A DNA stretch of 64,000 bases from Candidatus Methanomethylicaceae archaeon (GTDB lineage Archaea; Thermoproteota; Methanomethylicia; Methanomethylicales; Methanomethylicaceae), in the NCBI GenBank assembly GCA_025057955.1, contig JANXER010000001.1:46917-110916 (forward strand), read 5' to 3'. Positions 1 to 8,615 of this stretch are shown piece after piece (the first letter of the stretch is position 1; the number at the start of each line of letters is the position of its first letter). The notes below the pieces were generated by a model. That model had not been told where the DNA came from. It searched no databases and saw only the letters and a program-made list of their open reading frames with translations. A program made the translations under genes and the position numbers.

Positions 1-853
1 AGATAGAATGAAAATAGCAGAATATTTGGGATTTGATGGGCTTGTGGAAAATACTTTAGATGCAGTATCAACTAGAGATTTTTCACTTGAAGTAGCATCC
101 AATCTTGTGATATTGATGCTTGATATAAGTAGATTAGCAGAGGAAATAATAATTTGGGCAACAAAAGAGTTCAATTATATTGAGCTTCCAGATGAACATT
201 CTTCTACAAGCAGTATAATGCCTCAAAAGAAAAATCCAGTGACTGCAGAAATTCTAAGAGCTAAATGTGGTGAAATTATAGGAGAGCTTGTATCCATGCT
301 AACCATAATGAAGGCTCTTCCTCTTACATACAATTTAGATATGCAAGAGCTTACACCTCATCTTTGGAGGGCTTGTGAAATTTCAAGTAAATCCATTAGC
401 ATTCTCTCAGATTTAATTGCTAAAGTGAAATTTAATGAAAAACGCATGATGAATGCAGTAATTGATAGTTCATCAGTAGCAACAGAGCTTGCTGATATGC
501 TCGTTAGAAATTATAATATTCCTTTTAGAACTTCCCACCGCATTGTAGGAGAAATAATAAAGGAAATTTATCCAACTTCACTTTCCAAGATCGATCCAGA
601 AATAGTATCAGAAATGATTTATAAAAAAATAGGAATTAAACCAGAAGTGAAGTTAATTGAGAAAGCATTAGATCCATGGCATAATATTAATGTGAGAGAA
701 GTAATTGGGGGGCCTTCTCCTTTAGAGATTGAAAGAATGATAAATTCTAGATTACAAATAATTAACTCAAATAGAAAATTGATGGAAAGTATAGAGGAAA
801 AGCTTATGAATGGACTTAAAAAATTGAGGGAAGAAATCAATTACTTATTTTAA
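1..853 (+). CDS. argH: Argininosuccinate lyase, C-terminal part; the 5' end lies outside the window
   Basis: Fumarate-lyase signature SSIMPQKKNP. The downstream LPLTYN region is typical of ASL. The frame is open to base 2, so the N-terminus is cut by the window edge. Confidence 0.85.
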   Translation, partial: DRMKIAEYLGFDGLVENTLDAVSTRDFSLEVASNLVILMLDISRLAEEIIIWATKEFNYIELPDEHSSTSSIMPQKKNPVTAEILRAKCGEIIGELVSMLTIMKALPLTYNLDMQELTPHLWRACEISSKSISILSDLIAKVKFNEKRMMNAVIDSSSVATELADMLVRNYNIPFRTSHRIVGEIIKEIYPTSLSKIDPEIVSEMIYKKIGIKPEVKLIEKALDPWHNINVREVIGGPSPLEIERMINSRLQIINSNRKLMESIEEKLMNGLKKLREEINYLF

Positions 854-1702
854 TATTTCTCCTGTGCTTAAATACCATATATAGAGATCAAGCTCTGCTG
901 GTGTTATATTTAACTTATCAGCAATTGTAAAAAGCAAGGACTCTAGCTCTAAATATCTTCTTCTAGTCAAAATTCTAAATTCTTCAATCAATTCCTTATT
1001 TTTCAAATATCTTAAAATATGTCTATCTATTATTGCCAAATCCTTAAAACCTATGTTTCTTAGGAAGTGGCTAGCCTCTTTATATCCAAGGCCCTTTATA
1101 TTTTCCACAAGCCACTCTCTTATAGAGAAAGCACGCCTAAAGCTTCTTATAATATTCAATAGATTGCCGTAGTATTCTCTAGCTTCAATAATATAATCAG
1201 CTCTTTTTGGATAAAGATAGCCAAGCTCAATTAATTTCTCATATAATTTCTCTCTTGACATATTTATGAGGCCATCCCCTATTAAATTCTGAATAACTAT
1301 TGCCCTTTTTGCAGAGAAATTTGCTGTTAAAATGCAAAAGCATAATTCCTTGAATGTAGAATCTTCATTTTTTCCTATTTCCTCAAACTCTTTAATTCTA
1401 GCATCAACTATATTCTTGCATTTTGTTATTGCCCTCTCAATTTCATCAAGAAAATCTAGTTCAGCAATTTTTACTAAGAATCTATCAAGTGCTCTATTAA
1501 CTGAAAAAACACCATAAGGAATTTTATTTAGACTCTCTAATATTTTAGCAAAATCATCAAAATAATCCACAGCACAACAACTGACTATAACGTACCCCCC
1601 AAACTCTACTAAAATCACTCTTCCATGCTTTGAAATGGATAGAAGCTCACACTCTTTGCCGAATTTTCTTTCATGAATTTCTTTTATTGCTTCAAAATTC
1701 AT
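845..1702 (-). CDS. ogg: N-glycosylase/DNA lyase of the archaeal Ogg2 family, with an N-terminal extension of about 70-90 aa
   Basis: C-terminal 190 aa carry the motifs ELCFCILTANF, GYKEASHFLRNIG, DRHILR and DLYIWYL, characteristic of archaeal 8-oxoG glycosylase (HhH-GPD, Ogg2). There is no internal Met before the glycosylase domain. Confidence 0.75.
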   Translation of the reverse strand: MNFEAIKEIHERKFGKECELLSISKHGRVILVEFGGYVIVSCCAVDYFDDFAKILESLNKIPYGVFSVNRALDRFLVKIAELDFLDEIERAITKCKNIVDARIKEFEEIGKNEDSTFKELCFCILTANFSAKRAIVIQNLIGDGLINMSREKLYEKLIELGYLYPKRADYIIEAREYYGNLLNIIRSFRRAFSIREWLVENIKGLGYKEASHFLRNIGFKDLAIIDRHILRYLKNKELIEEFRILTRRRYLELESLLFTIADKLNITPAELDLYIWYLSTGEILK

Positions 1703-1780
1703 AATTAAAATACTTCAAATTGAAGAATTTAACCATAGCGAATAAATAAAACAAGCGCTCGATATTTCTATGTGATTTAA

Positions 1781-2053
1781 ATGAAAAGAAGGCTTTTAGA
1801 CATACTTGCTTGTCCAATGTGTAAATATTACCCACTAGAGCTAATAGTTTTTGAGGAAGAAGAGGAAATTGAAGAGGGATTACTTATATGCAATAATTGT
1901 AATAGATGGTATCCAATAATAGAGGCCATACCCCATATGCTTCCAGATGATTTAAGAGATGAAAAGGAAGATCTTGAATTTCTGAAAAAATGGCAAGAGA
2001 GGGCTCCTGAAAAAATTTTAAAAAGTGGAAAGCCCTTCAATTTGAAAGGATGA
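1781..2053 (+). CDS. trm112: Trm112-like methyltransferase activator (DUF343 Zn-ribbon)
   Basis: N-terminal LLDILACPMCK, a second CNNC motif, and a length of 90 aa. Confidence 0.75.
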   Translation: MKRRLLDILACPMCKYYPLELIVFEEEEEIEEGLLICNNCNRWYPIIEAIPHMLPDDLRDEKEDLEFLKKWQERAPEKILKSGKPFNLKG

Positions 2054-2847
2054 AAGTAGGAATAATACAAATATATAGTGAAGAGAATAAAGAGGAAAAC
2101 CTTAGAAAAGCACTTGAATATTCTGAGAAGGTCATAAGCGAAGGAGCTGAATTATTACTACTTCCTGAATTATTTAATTTTCATTCATCAAAGGGCATAA
2201 GGGAGGATTATATAAAAAATGCTGAAGATGATAATGGATTAACTATAAGAGAATTGTTGAAATTAGCAAAGAAAAATAATGTTATATTTATTGCTGGAAG
2301 TATAGCAGAAAAAGCAGATGAGACTTTATATAATACATCATATGTTATTTCAAAAGATGGAATTCTTGGTAAGTATAGAAAGATTCATCTATTTAAGTAT
2401 GAGGATATAGATGAAAGTAAAATCTTCAGTCCAGGAAAAGATCCCATAGTGGTGGATTGCTTAGGAACAAAAATTGGCCTCACAATTTGCTTTGATCTTA
2501 GATTTCCAGAAATTTTCAGAATTGAGGCACTTATGGGAGCAGAAATCTTGATAAATGTAGCAGCTTTTTTAGAAAAAACTGGAAGAGCTCATTGGATGCC
2601 CCTCCTTAGAGCTAGAGCCATAGAGAATCAAGTCTTTCTATTAGCTGCAAATCAATCCTATCATGAAGGAGCACAAAGAAGGTACTATGGACATAGTTGT
2701 ATAATAGATCCTTGGGGCAGATGTTTAGCAAGAGCTAATGAAAAGGAGGGATTCTTAATAGCGGATATAGATATAGGAATGGTGGAGAACATAAGAAGCA
2801 AAATGCCATTATTAAAATTAATGGCATTTGATATAAAAAAAAGATAA
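2050..2847 (+). CDS. Carbon-nitrogen hydrolase (nitrilase/Nit family)
   Basis: LLLLPELFN glutamate region and KIHLF lysine region, with a CFDLRFPE-type Cys consistent with the E-K-C triad. Its start overlaps the trm112 stop (ATGA). Confidence 0.7.
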   Translation: MKVGIIQIYSEENKEENLRKALEYSEKVISEGAELLLLPELFNFHSSKGIREDYIKNAEDDNGLTIRELLKLAKKNNVIFIAGSIAEKADETLYNTSYVISKDGILGKYRKIHLFKYEDIDESKIFSPGKDPIVVDCLGTKIGLTICFDLRFPEIFRIEALMGAEILINVAAFLEKTGRAHWMPLLRARAIENQVFLLAANQSYHEGAQRRYYGHSCIIDPWGRCLARANEKEGFLIADIDIGMVENIRSKMPLLKLMAFDIKKR

Positions 2848-2852
2848 CATGA

Positions 2853-2996
2853 TTACTTAATTCCTGCTCTGAAGAAAGCACCACAAGATGGACATTTGAA
2901 TAATCCAATTGTAACTGCCTTTCTTCCCTTAGGGGCTAATTGCCAAGTCTTTGTTGGAGAAGTTACTTCCTTACCACATTTTGGACATTTGGCCAT
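2853..2996 (-). CDS. Small Zn-ribbon protein of 47 aa, not in the ORF track
   Basis: Manual translation of the minus strand gives [47 protein letters not shown]. It has two CPxCG motifs, is 144 nt in frame from ATG to TAA, and sits in a gap where the plus-strand ORF 2896..3081 looks spurious. Confidence 0.55.
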   Translation of the reverse strand: MAKCPKCGKEVTSPTKTWQLAPKGRKAVTIGLFKCPSCGAFFRAGIK

Positions 2997-3195
2997 GAAC
3001 TTCACCAATATTAATATTATAATATTATCATTTAAAAACTTTATGGTGACAGTATACGTAAAAATAATCGCTAAAAATTAATATTAACATACTTTTAAAT
3101 TATAAAAAATATTTTTTAGTTTTTAATTAAGATAGATTATAAAATTTTATAACTTTAGGAAAAATTTAAAATTTTGTTAATAATGTATTATGATT

Positions 3196-3271
3196 AGCCC
3201 GGTGGTGTAGCGGCCAAGCATGGCGGGCTTTGGCCCCGCCGACAGGAGTTCGAATCTCCTCCGGGCTACCA
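3196..3271 (+). tRNA. tRNA-Gln (anticodon UUG), CCA encoded
   Basis: Cloverleaf folded by hand: acceptor AGCCCGG/CCGGGCU, anticodon stem GCGGG/CCCGC with loop CUUUGGC, T-arm GAGUUCGAAUCUC, and a genomically encoded 3' CCA. Confidence 0.8.
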
Positions 3272-3284
3272 AATTTGAAAAACT

Positions 3285-3292
3285 TCTATATA
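3285..3292 (+). promoter_or_regulatory. Candidate TATA box upstream of orc1/cdc6
   Basis: ttctatata lies about 47-54 nt upstream of the orc1 ATG. Confidence 0.3.
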
Positions 3293-3338
3293 CCCTCTAG
3301 CACCCTTATTTCTATTGCATCTACTGCGAGGATAAAAA

Positions 3339-4541
3339 ATGAGCGATTCATTAGATGAATTATTCAAAAGGGTATTAAGCGCAAAAATATTCATTAATAG
3401 GGATCTCCTTAGACCAGATTATATACCAGATGAGCTTCCTCATAGAGAAAGACAAATATTAAGACTTGCTGAAACGCTTACTCCAATATTAAAAGGATCA
3501 AGACCATCCAATGTATTCATATATGGAATGACGGGAACTGGAAAAACTGCTGTTACTAAATATGTTTTGAATAGATTGATGATTGAAGGGAAAAAGAAGG
3601 GAATTCCACTTAATATAGCATATATAAACTGTAGGCATGATGATACAAACTATAGAGTATTAGCAGATTTATGTGAGGCTATTAATGCTAAAGTGCCATT
3701 CACTGGATTATCAACTTCAGAACTTTTTAGAAGATTTCTAAAGACTTTGGATATCTCTGATAGAGCAATGTTTGTAGTTTTAGATGAAGTGGATTCACTA
3801 GTGAAAAAATCTGGCGATAGAGTATTATACGATTTAACTAGAATAAACAATCAATTAATTAGAGCAAAAGTAAGTATAATTGGTATTACAAATGATTTGA
3901 ATTTTACAGATTATTTAGATCCAAGGGTTAGAAGTAGCCTTGGAGAGGAGGAGCTTGTTTTTCCTCCATATACTGCTGTGGAACTAGAGGATATACTTAG
4001 GCAAAGGACTGAAAAGGCCTTTGTCAATGGTGTGATAAGCCCAGAGGTGATAAAACTATGTGCAGCACTTGCTGCAAAGGAACATGGAGATGCAAGAAGG
4101 GCTTTGGATTTGCTCAGAGTTGCAGGTGAGTTGGCTGAAAGAGAAGGAAGTGATAAAGTTTTGGAAATACATGTGAGAAATGCTCAGAAGGAGTTGGAGA
4201 AGGATAGAGTTGTAGAAGTTATTAGAACAATGCCTTTTCACTCTAAGCTTTTGATAATTAGCTTATATCTATTAGAAAAGGAAGGAAAAAGGGGCTGCAC
4301 CACTGGAGAGCTATATGAAGTATATTCTAAAATTTCCAAGAGCTATGGATTAGAGCCTCTTACTCAAAGAAGAATAAGCGATCTTATAAATGAACTTGAT
4401 ATGCTTGGTATTATTAATGCAAAAGTGGTAAGTAAAGGAAGATATGGAAGAACGAAGGTTGTAAATCTCATAGTGCCTTCTAGTAACTTAAAGGAGGCAA
4501 TGAAGGAAGATTCAATGGTTTATAGTTTTTTTGAAAAGTGA
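3339..4541 (+). CDS. orc1: Orc1/Cdc6 replication initiator (AAA+ plus winged helix)
   Basis: Walker A GMTGTGKT, Walker B VVLDEVD, and a C-terminal winged-helix region; 400 aa. Confidence 0.9.
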   Translation: MSDSLDELFKRVLSAKIFINRDLLRPDYIPDELPHRERQILRLAETLTPILKGSRPSNVFIYGMTGTGKTAVTKYVLNRLMIEGKKKGIPLNIAYINCRHDDTNYRVLADLCEAINAKVPFTGLSTSELFRRFLKTLDISDRAMFVVLDEVDSLVKKSGDRVLYDLTRINNQLIRAKVSIIGITNDLNFTDYLDPRVRSSLGEEELVFPPYTAVELEDILRQRTEKAFVNGVISPEVIKLCAALAAKEHGDARRALDLLRVAGELAEREGSDKVLEIHVRNAQKELEKDRVVEVIRTMPFHSKLLIISLYLLEKEGKRGCTTGELYEVYSKISKSYGLEPLTQRRISDLINELDMLGIINAKVVSKGRYGRTKVVNLIVPSSNLKEAMKEDSMVYSFFEK

Positions 4542-5089
4542 CTCTGATGAAAAGAGTAATGGCAATATGTGGAGGAGGATTTAGAAAGAATTTAAATAAG
4601 AATACAATAATGATACTTCTGATAACAGAAGGAATAATGCTTAGAAAATTATTAATAAAATACATTGAAGTTGATGGATTTGATGCAACAGATAAAATAT
4701 TGGAGGTCATGAGAAAGGAATCAATAGAACTCATAATTTCTGGAAGTATACCAATAGCAGGATTCAATTTAATAAATGCAAAGAGAATATTTGATGAAAA
4801 AGGAATACCTTCAATATTCATTTTGGAAAAAGAGCCAGATATGGAAGCTGTTAAAAGGGCTCTTATGAAGCATTTTGAGGATTGGAGGAGAAGGTTAGCT
4901 ATTTTAGAAGAGGTGAAAATACAAAGGGTTCAAACTTTAAAGGGAGAAATCATTTTAGGAACCTTTGGAATTGATTTAGAGGAAAGTATAAGGATTATAG
5001 AGAGTATAACAATCTTCGGAAAAACTCCAGAGCCTTTGAGACTAGCAAGAATGTTAGCTAAGTCCATTACTAAGTTTATAAAAACTTAA
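4538..5089 (+). CDS. DUF99/UPF0215 family protein (endonuclease-V-like fold), translationally coupled to orc1
   Basis: The C-terminal half, LIISGSIPIAGFNLINAKRIFDEKGIPSIFILEKEPD, matches the DUF99 block remembered as LdGitfgGFNvvD...glPvivv.rkkPd. The ATG overlaps the orc1 stop. Confidence 0.5.
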   Translation: MTLMKRVMAICGGGFRKNLNKNTIMILLITEGIMLRKLLIKYIEVDGFDATDKILEVMRKESIELIISGSIPIAGFNLINAKRIFDEKGIPSIFILEKEPDMEAVKRALMKHFEDWRRRLAILEEVKIQRVQTLKGEIILGTFGIDLEESIRIIESITIFGKTPEPLRLARMLAKSITKFIKT

Positions 5090-6515
5090 CTGTAAACACC
5101 TTAAAATTGGAAATATCTATAACTGGAACAACACCAGGAGCAGGCTCAATGCCCATGGACATTTGATATTTTGTCTGTTTTTGCCAAGTTCCAGAGTTGG
5201 CCAATATTACGCCCTTATATTCAGATACCCCCCATACATGAACATGGCCAGCATGAAATATATCAGGAATGATATCTATTACCAATCTATCCATTGGTTC
5301 TGGTGCAATTGGAGTTTTTTCACCATAAATTGGAGCAATATGTCTAGACTTTAGTAATTCAGCCATGGCTTTCTGTGGTTCTCTAAAGCTACAATCAGGA
5401 AGAGCAGGAATAACATCATCTAAGCTTCTTCCATGAGTTATTAAGAAGATTAAACCTTCAATTTCTACAATTGCAGGATCGCCAAGCATTATTACATTCT
5501 TTAATGAATACAATGGAGCGCCTATATCCTTGTAAATTGGAGGAGTTGGTAGAGTTTGTCTGCAAGCATCATGATTTCCAGGAATTATTATAATCTTCAC
5601 ATCCTCTCTTATCATGGATAAGTAATGAGCAGCTTCTTCATATTGTCTATAAATGTCCTTAATAATTAATTCTTCTTCTTGATTTGGGTAAATCCCCACA
5701 CCATCAACAATATCTCCAGCAATTATCAAATACTTTAATTTTGAAGCTATACTTTTTTCATCATTTTCTCCATTAATCCATCTCAAGAAAGATTCAAACT
5801 CTTGCTTCATGAAGAGCTTACTACCTATATGTAAATCAGATGTTAAAGCAACATAGCTATTACTTTCAAGAAAGGCTCTTTTTCTAGGAATAATATCAGG
5901 CCAAACAACTTCTTCTCCCAATATAATTCCTTCGTTTATTAAATTTCCAAATATACATATTACTTGATCCATCATTACTCTAGAGGCCTTTTTCTTAGCT
6001 TCATCCTTAAAAATCACTCTAACAATACCTTCAAAATCCTCCAGCTCAATTATTATTCTATCCTTAGTTTCTTTTTTTGAAGCCACTAATCCAATCACTT
6101 TTACCTTTTTCTGTTTATTGTTTAATCCAGATGGACCACATGCTCCAACAACATCTGATCTTGAGGTTAAGAAGCTCCTTAGTCTCTCAAATCTATTTAT
6201 GAAATATCGTTTGAAATCATCTGGTTTTCCCTCTATATAGCTACTTTCCTCCCCACTGATAACTTTTATTTTATGAGAAGTCTCTTTACTCTTTGGTTTT
6301 AGAACTTCTGATGAAGTCCTTGTTAATAGAGACTCAATATGAATTCGTTCTATTATAATTGGTTTCTCTTCCATAGACTCAAGGTTTTTAATAAGTCTAT
6401 TTACCAGTCCCTCGGGATCTTTGCTTTCCCTTAGGAGATTAAAAGCTTCTGGAGATATTTGATAGCCCATACTGAGAAGTAAATTATAAGCTGAAAGTAG
6501 TGATTTTTTTTGCAC
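5076..6515 (-). CDS. polB: DNA polymerase II (PolD) small subunit DP1, a calcineurin-like phosphoesterase
   Basis: Motifs IAGDIVDGVGIYP and IPGNHD plus an N-terminal OB region; 479 aa. Confidence 0.9.
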   Translation of the reverse strand: MQKKSLLSAYNLLLSMGYQISPEAFNLLRESKDPEGLVNRLIKNLESMEEKPIIIERIHIESLLTRTSSEVLKPKSKETSHKIKVISGEESSYIEGKPDDFKRYFINRFERLRSFLTSRSDVVGACGPSGLNNKQKKVKVIGLVASKKETKDRIIIELEDFEGIVRVIFKDEAKKKASRVMMDQVICIFGNLINEGIILGEEVVWPDIIPRKRAFLESNSYVALTSDLHIGSKLFMKQEFESFLRWINGENDEKSIASKLKYLIIAGDIVDGVGIYPNQEEELIIKDIYRQYEEAAHYLSMIREDVKIIIIPGNHDACRQTLPTPPIYKDIGAPLYSLKNVIMLGDPAIVEIEGLIFLITHGRSLDDVIPALPDCSFREPQKAMAELLKSRHIAPIYGEKTPIAPEPMDRLVIDIIPDIFHAGHVHVWGVSEYKGVILANSGTWQKQTKYQMSMGIEPAPGVVPVIDISNFKVFTVKFL

Positions 6516-6593
6516 AAATGCAATTATTAATTAGGAAATTTAAACAGTTTGCTTTAAAGGAAGGGCTGATGAATTTATGTTGGGGGAAGGGCT

Positions 6594-7562
6594 TTGGAAT
6601 ATAGAAGATTACAAAAAAGCAAGGGTGGATCTTTCTTAATATCAATACCTAAAGAATGGGTTAAGAAAAATAGCCTAGATGCAGGGGCTGTTGTGAGAAT
6701 TTCTGAGGGGGAGGGAGGGACATTAATAATATCAAGCGAAGGAGAGGAGCAGGAAAGTAAAATAGTTACTATAAAAGGAGGTGAAAACCTCGAAAAGCAA
6801 ATTCGAACTCAATACTTAATGGGTGCAGATACCATAGTAATAAATTTCGATACAAAAATCTCACCAATTGTAAGAGAAAGAATAAAGGAGGCCATAAGTA
6901 AGCTTATAGGTCTAGAAATTGTGGAGGAAGGAATAGACACTATAACCATTCAATGTTTACTTCAACCAACTTCCATGCCATTGAAAAGTAGTTTAAGAAG
7001 AGCTTACTCCTTAGCTGCTAGTATGCATAAGGATGCTGAAGAAGCTCTATTAAATGGAGATTTAGAACTTTCAGAAATTGTAATCAAAAGGGATGAAGAG
7101 GTGGATAGGCTCTATTTTCTAATCGTTAGACAGCTTAGATCAGCTGTAAGAAATCAAAGATTGGCAGATAAGCTTGGTGTTAAGGCTGCGGAATGTCTTG
7201 ATTTAAGGATGGCTGCTAAATATATAGAGAGTATTGCTGATTATTCAGAGGGCATAGCTAAAAATGTAAAAATAATTCATAAAGAAAGAATTGAAGATGA
7301 AATAATGAATGGATTGAAGGAGCTTAGTAGAATAGCATATTCATTACATGATGAGGCTATTCATGCTCTTTTCAGGAATGATACAAAAGTTGCAATTAAA
7401 GTTATCGAGAGAAGTAGAGATCTTGTAAATAATATGATTAGTATAAATAAATTACTAACTGTAAAACAGCAAAAATTTTCCACTATTTTGAATACTGTGG
7501 CAATGTATATGTATAATATAGGTGAATGTGGAATAGATTTAGCTGAACTTGTAGGATATTAA
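6594..7562 (+). CDS. Phosphate-uptake-regulator-like protein: N-terminal AbrB/SpoVT DNA-binding domain plus PhoU repeats
   Basis: N-terminal SFLISIPKEWVKKNSLDAG swapped-hairpin motif, and a C-terminal PhoU-like helical repeat with EVDRLYF. It is a paralogue of 57576..58574. Confidence 0.7.
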   Translation: MEYRRLQKSKGGSFLISIPKEWVKKNSLDAGAVVRISEGEGGTLIISSEGEEQESKIVTIKGGENLEKQIRTQYLMGADTIVINFDTKISPIVRERIKEAISKLIGLEIVEEGIDTITIQCLLQPTSMPLKSSLRRAYSLAASMHKDAEEALLNGDLELSEIVIKRDEEVDRLYFLIVRQLRSAVRNQRLADKLGVKAAECLDLRMAAKYIESIADYSEGIAKNVKIIHKERIEDEIMNGLKELSRIAYSLHDEAIHALFRNDTKVAIKVIERSRDLVNNMISINKLLTVKQQKFSTILNTVAMYMYNIGECGIDLAELVGY

Positions 7563-7566
7563 ATGA

Positions 7567-7581
7567 AAATTTTCTTTTTTT
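7567..7581 (+). terminator. Oligo-T terminator after the AbrB-PhoU gene
   Basis: A T-run (tttcttttttt) lies immediately 3' of the stop codon. Confidence 0.35.
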
Positions 7582-7714
7582 AGTTAAAAAACCAGAAAAC
7601 TTACTCATTTTATAAAATAAGATTAAAAATGAGAATATTTTGGCTTTATACAGAAATAGTTACATATTTATATATTTGGATTTTCAATAACTTTTTTTGG
7701 GTTTGGTGAGGCAA

Positions 7715-8101
7715 ATGAAGGAGCTGGGTAAACACATTATACTTGAGCTATTTGGGTGTGATGTCAAAGCTCTCGACGACCTAAAAGGTATAGCAGAAAC
7801 AATGAGAAAAAGTGCAGAAGAGGCAGGAGCAAGAATAGTTGGTGAAGCCTTTCATAAATTCAATCCACAAGGAGTAAGTGGCGTAGTAATAATAGCTGAG
7901 TCTCACATATCCATACACACATGGCCGGAGTTTGGTTATGCTGCTGTGGATATATTTACATGTAGTACAAATGTAAATCCATCCAATAGTACAAATGTAA
8001 ATCCATCCAAGGCCTATAAGAGGATAATAGAGTACTTCAAACCAAAGACGATGAGCTTGATGGAGGTCAAAAGGGGGTTACTAATGGGGGATAAGATTTA
8101 G
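7715..8101 (+). CDS. speH: S-adenosylmethionine decarboxylase proenzyme (pyruvoyl-dependent)
   Basis: HIILELFGC and AESHISIHTWPEFGYAAVDIFTC, including the self-cleaving ES|H serine. The preferred start is MKELGKH at 7715, preceded by a GGTGAGG Shine-Dalgarno, rather than the 7697 of the ORF track. Confidence 0.85.
   Translation: MKELGKHIILELFGCDVKALDDLKGIAETMRKSAEEAGARIVGEAFHKFNPQGVSGVVIIAESHISIHTWPEFGYAAVDIFTCSTNVNPSNSTNVNPSKAYKRIIEYFKPKTMSLMEVKRGLLMGDKI
7964..8011 (+). repeat. Two tandem 24-bp copies (23/24 identical) in frame inside speH
   Basis: agtacaaatgtaaatccatccaat followed by agtacaaatgtaaatccatccaag, giving the peptide STNVNPSNSTNVNPSK. Confidence 0.9.
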
Positions 8102-8615
8102 CCTAAACTGGAAATGGTTCATTGAATATTCAGAGCCTTTCAATATACATATGCATAGAATAAAAATGATGGTATATGATAAGAAGAGTAGAGTATAGAT
8201 ATTGTTGAAATATATGAGTATGGTAGTATGTTAATTTTATATGATGAATTTCAATCAATACTTTTATTATGAGGCTTTATCTCATCATAGTTGCTCATCC
8301 CAATAAAAGGTTATAGATTATTAAAAAGAATTATGAAATAGAAAAGAAAATATTAAGTAATAATGGTTACTTGAGTTGCCTCCATTTACTATAACATTTT
8401 ATGTATAGAGCATAGAATAAATATATAAAACAAGAAGGCAGAAGGATAAAGCGCATAATTTCATGTGAAAATTTGTTTATAAAAGCGAGAGCAAGGAAAA
8501 ATTAAGAAAGCGAAACCTTGAAAATATACATAATTTTGCTAAGAATATTTAATGAAAGTTCAATATTCATACTAATGATAAAAGATTTAGGAGGGATTTA
8601 TAAAATTTAAAATTG

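Noticed and set aside
2896-3081. 61-aa plus-strand ORF from the track
   Set aside because: It has no motifs and lies antisense to a much more convincing 47-aa Zn-ribbon ORF (2853..2996). It is most likely a shadow ORF.
3062-3338. Canonical ORB / mini-ORB origin boxes upstream of orc1
   Set aside because: I could not find repeated GTTCCAGTGGAAAC-like elements by eye, so the origin call is left as a hypothesis only.
5163-5354. 63-aa plus-strand ORF inside polD small subunit, and similar antisense ORFs throughout (for example 619..840, 3650..3850, 13507..13773, 35384..35689)
   Set aside because: All lie antisense to well-supported genes and have compositionally biased translations.
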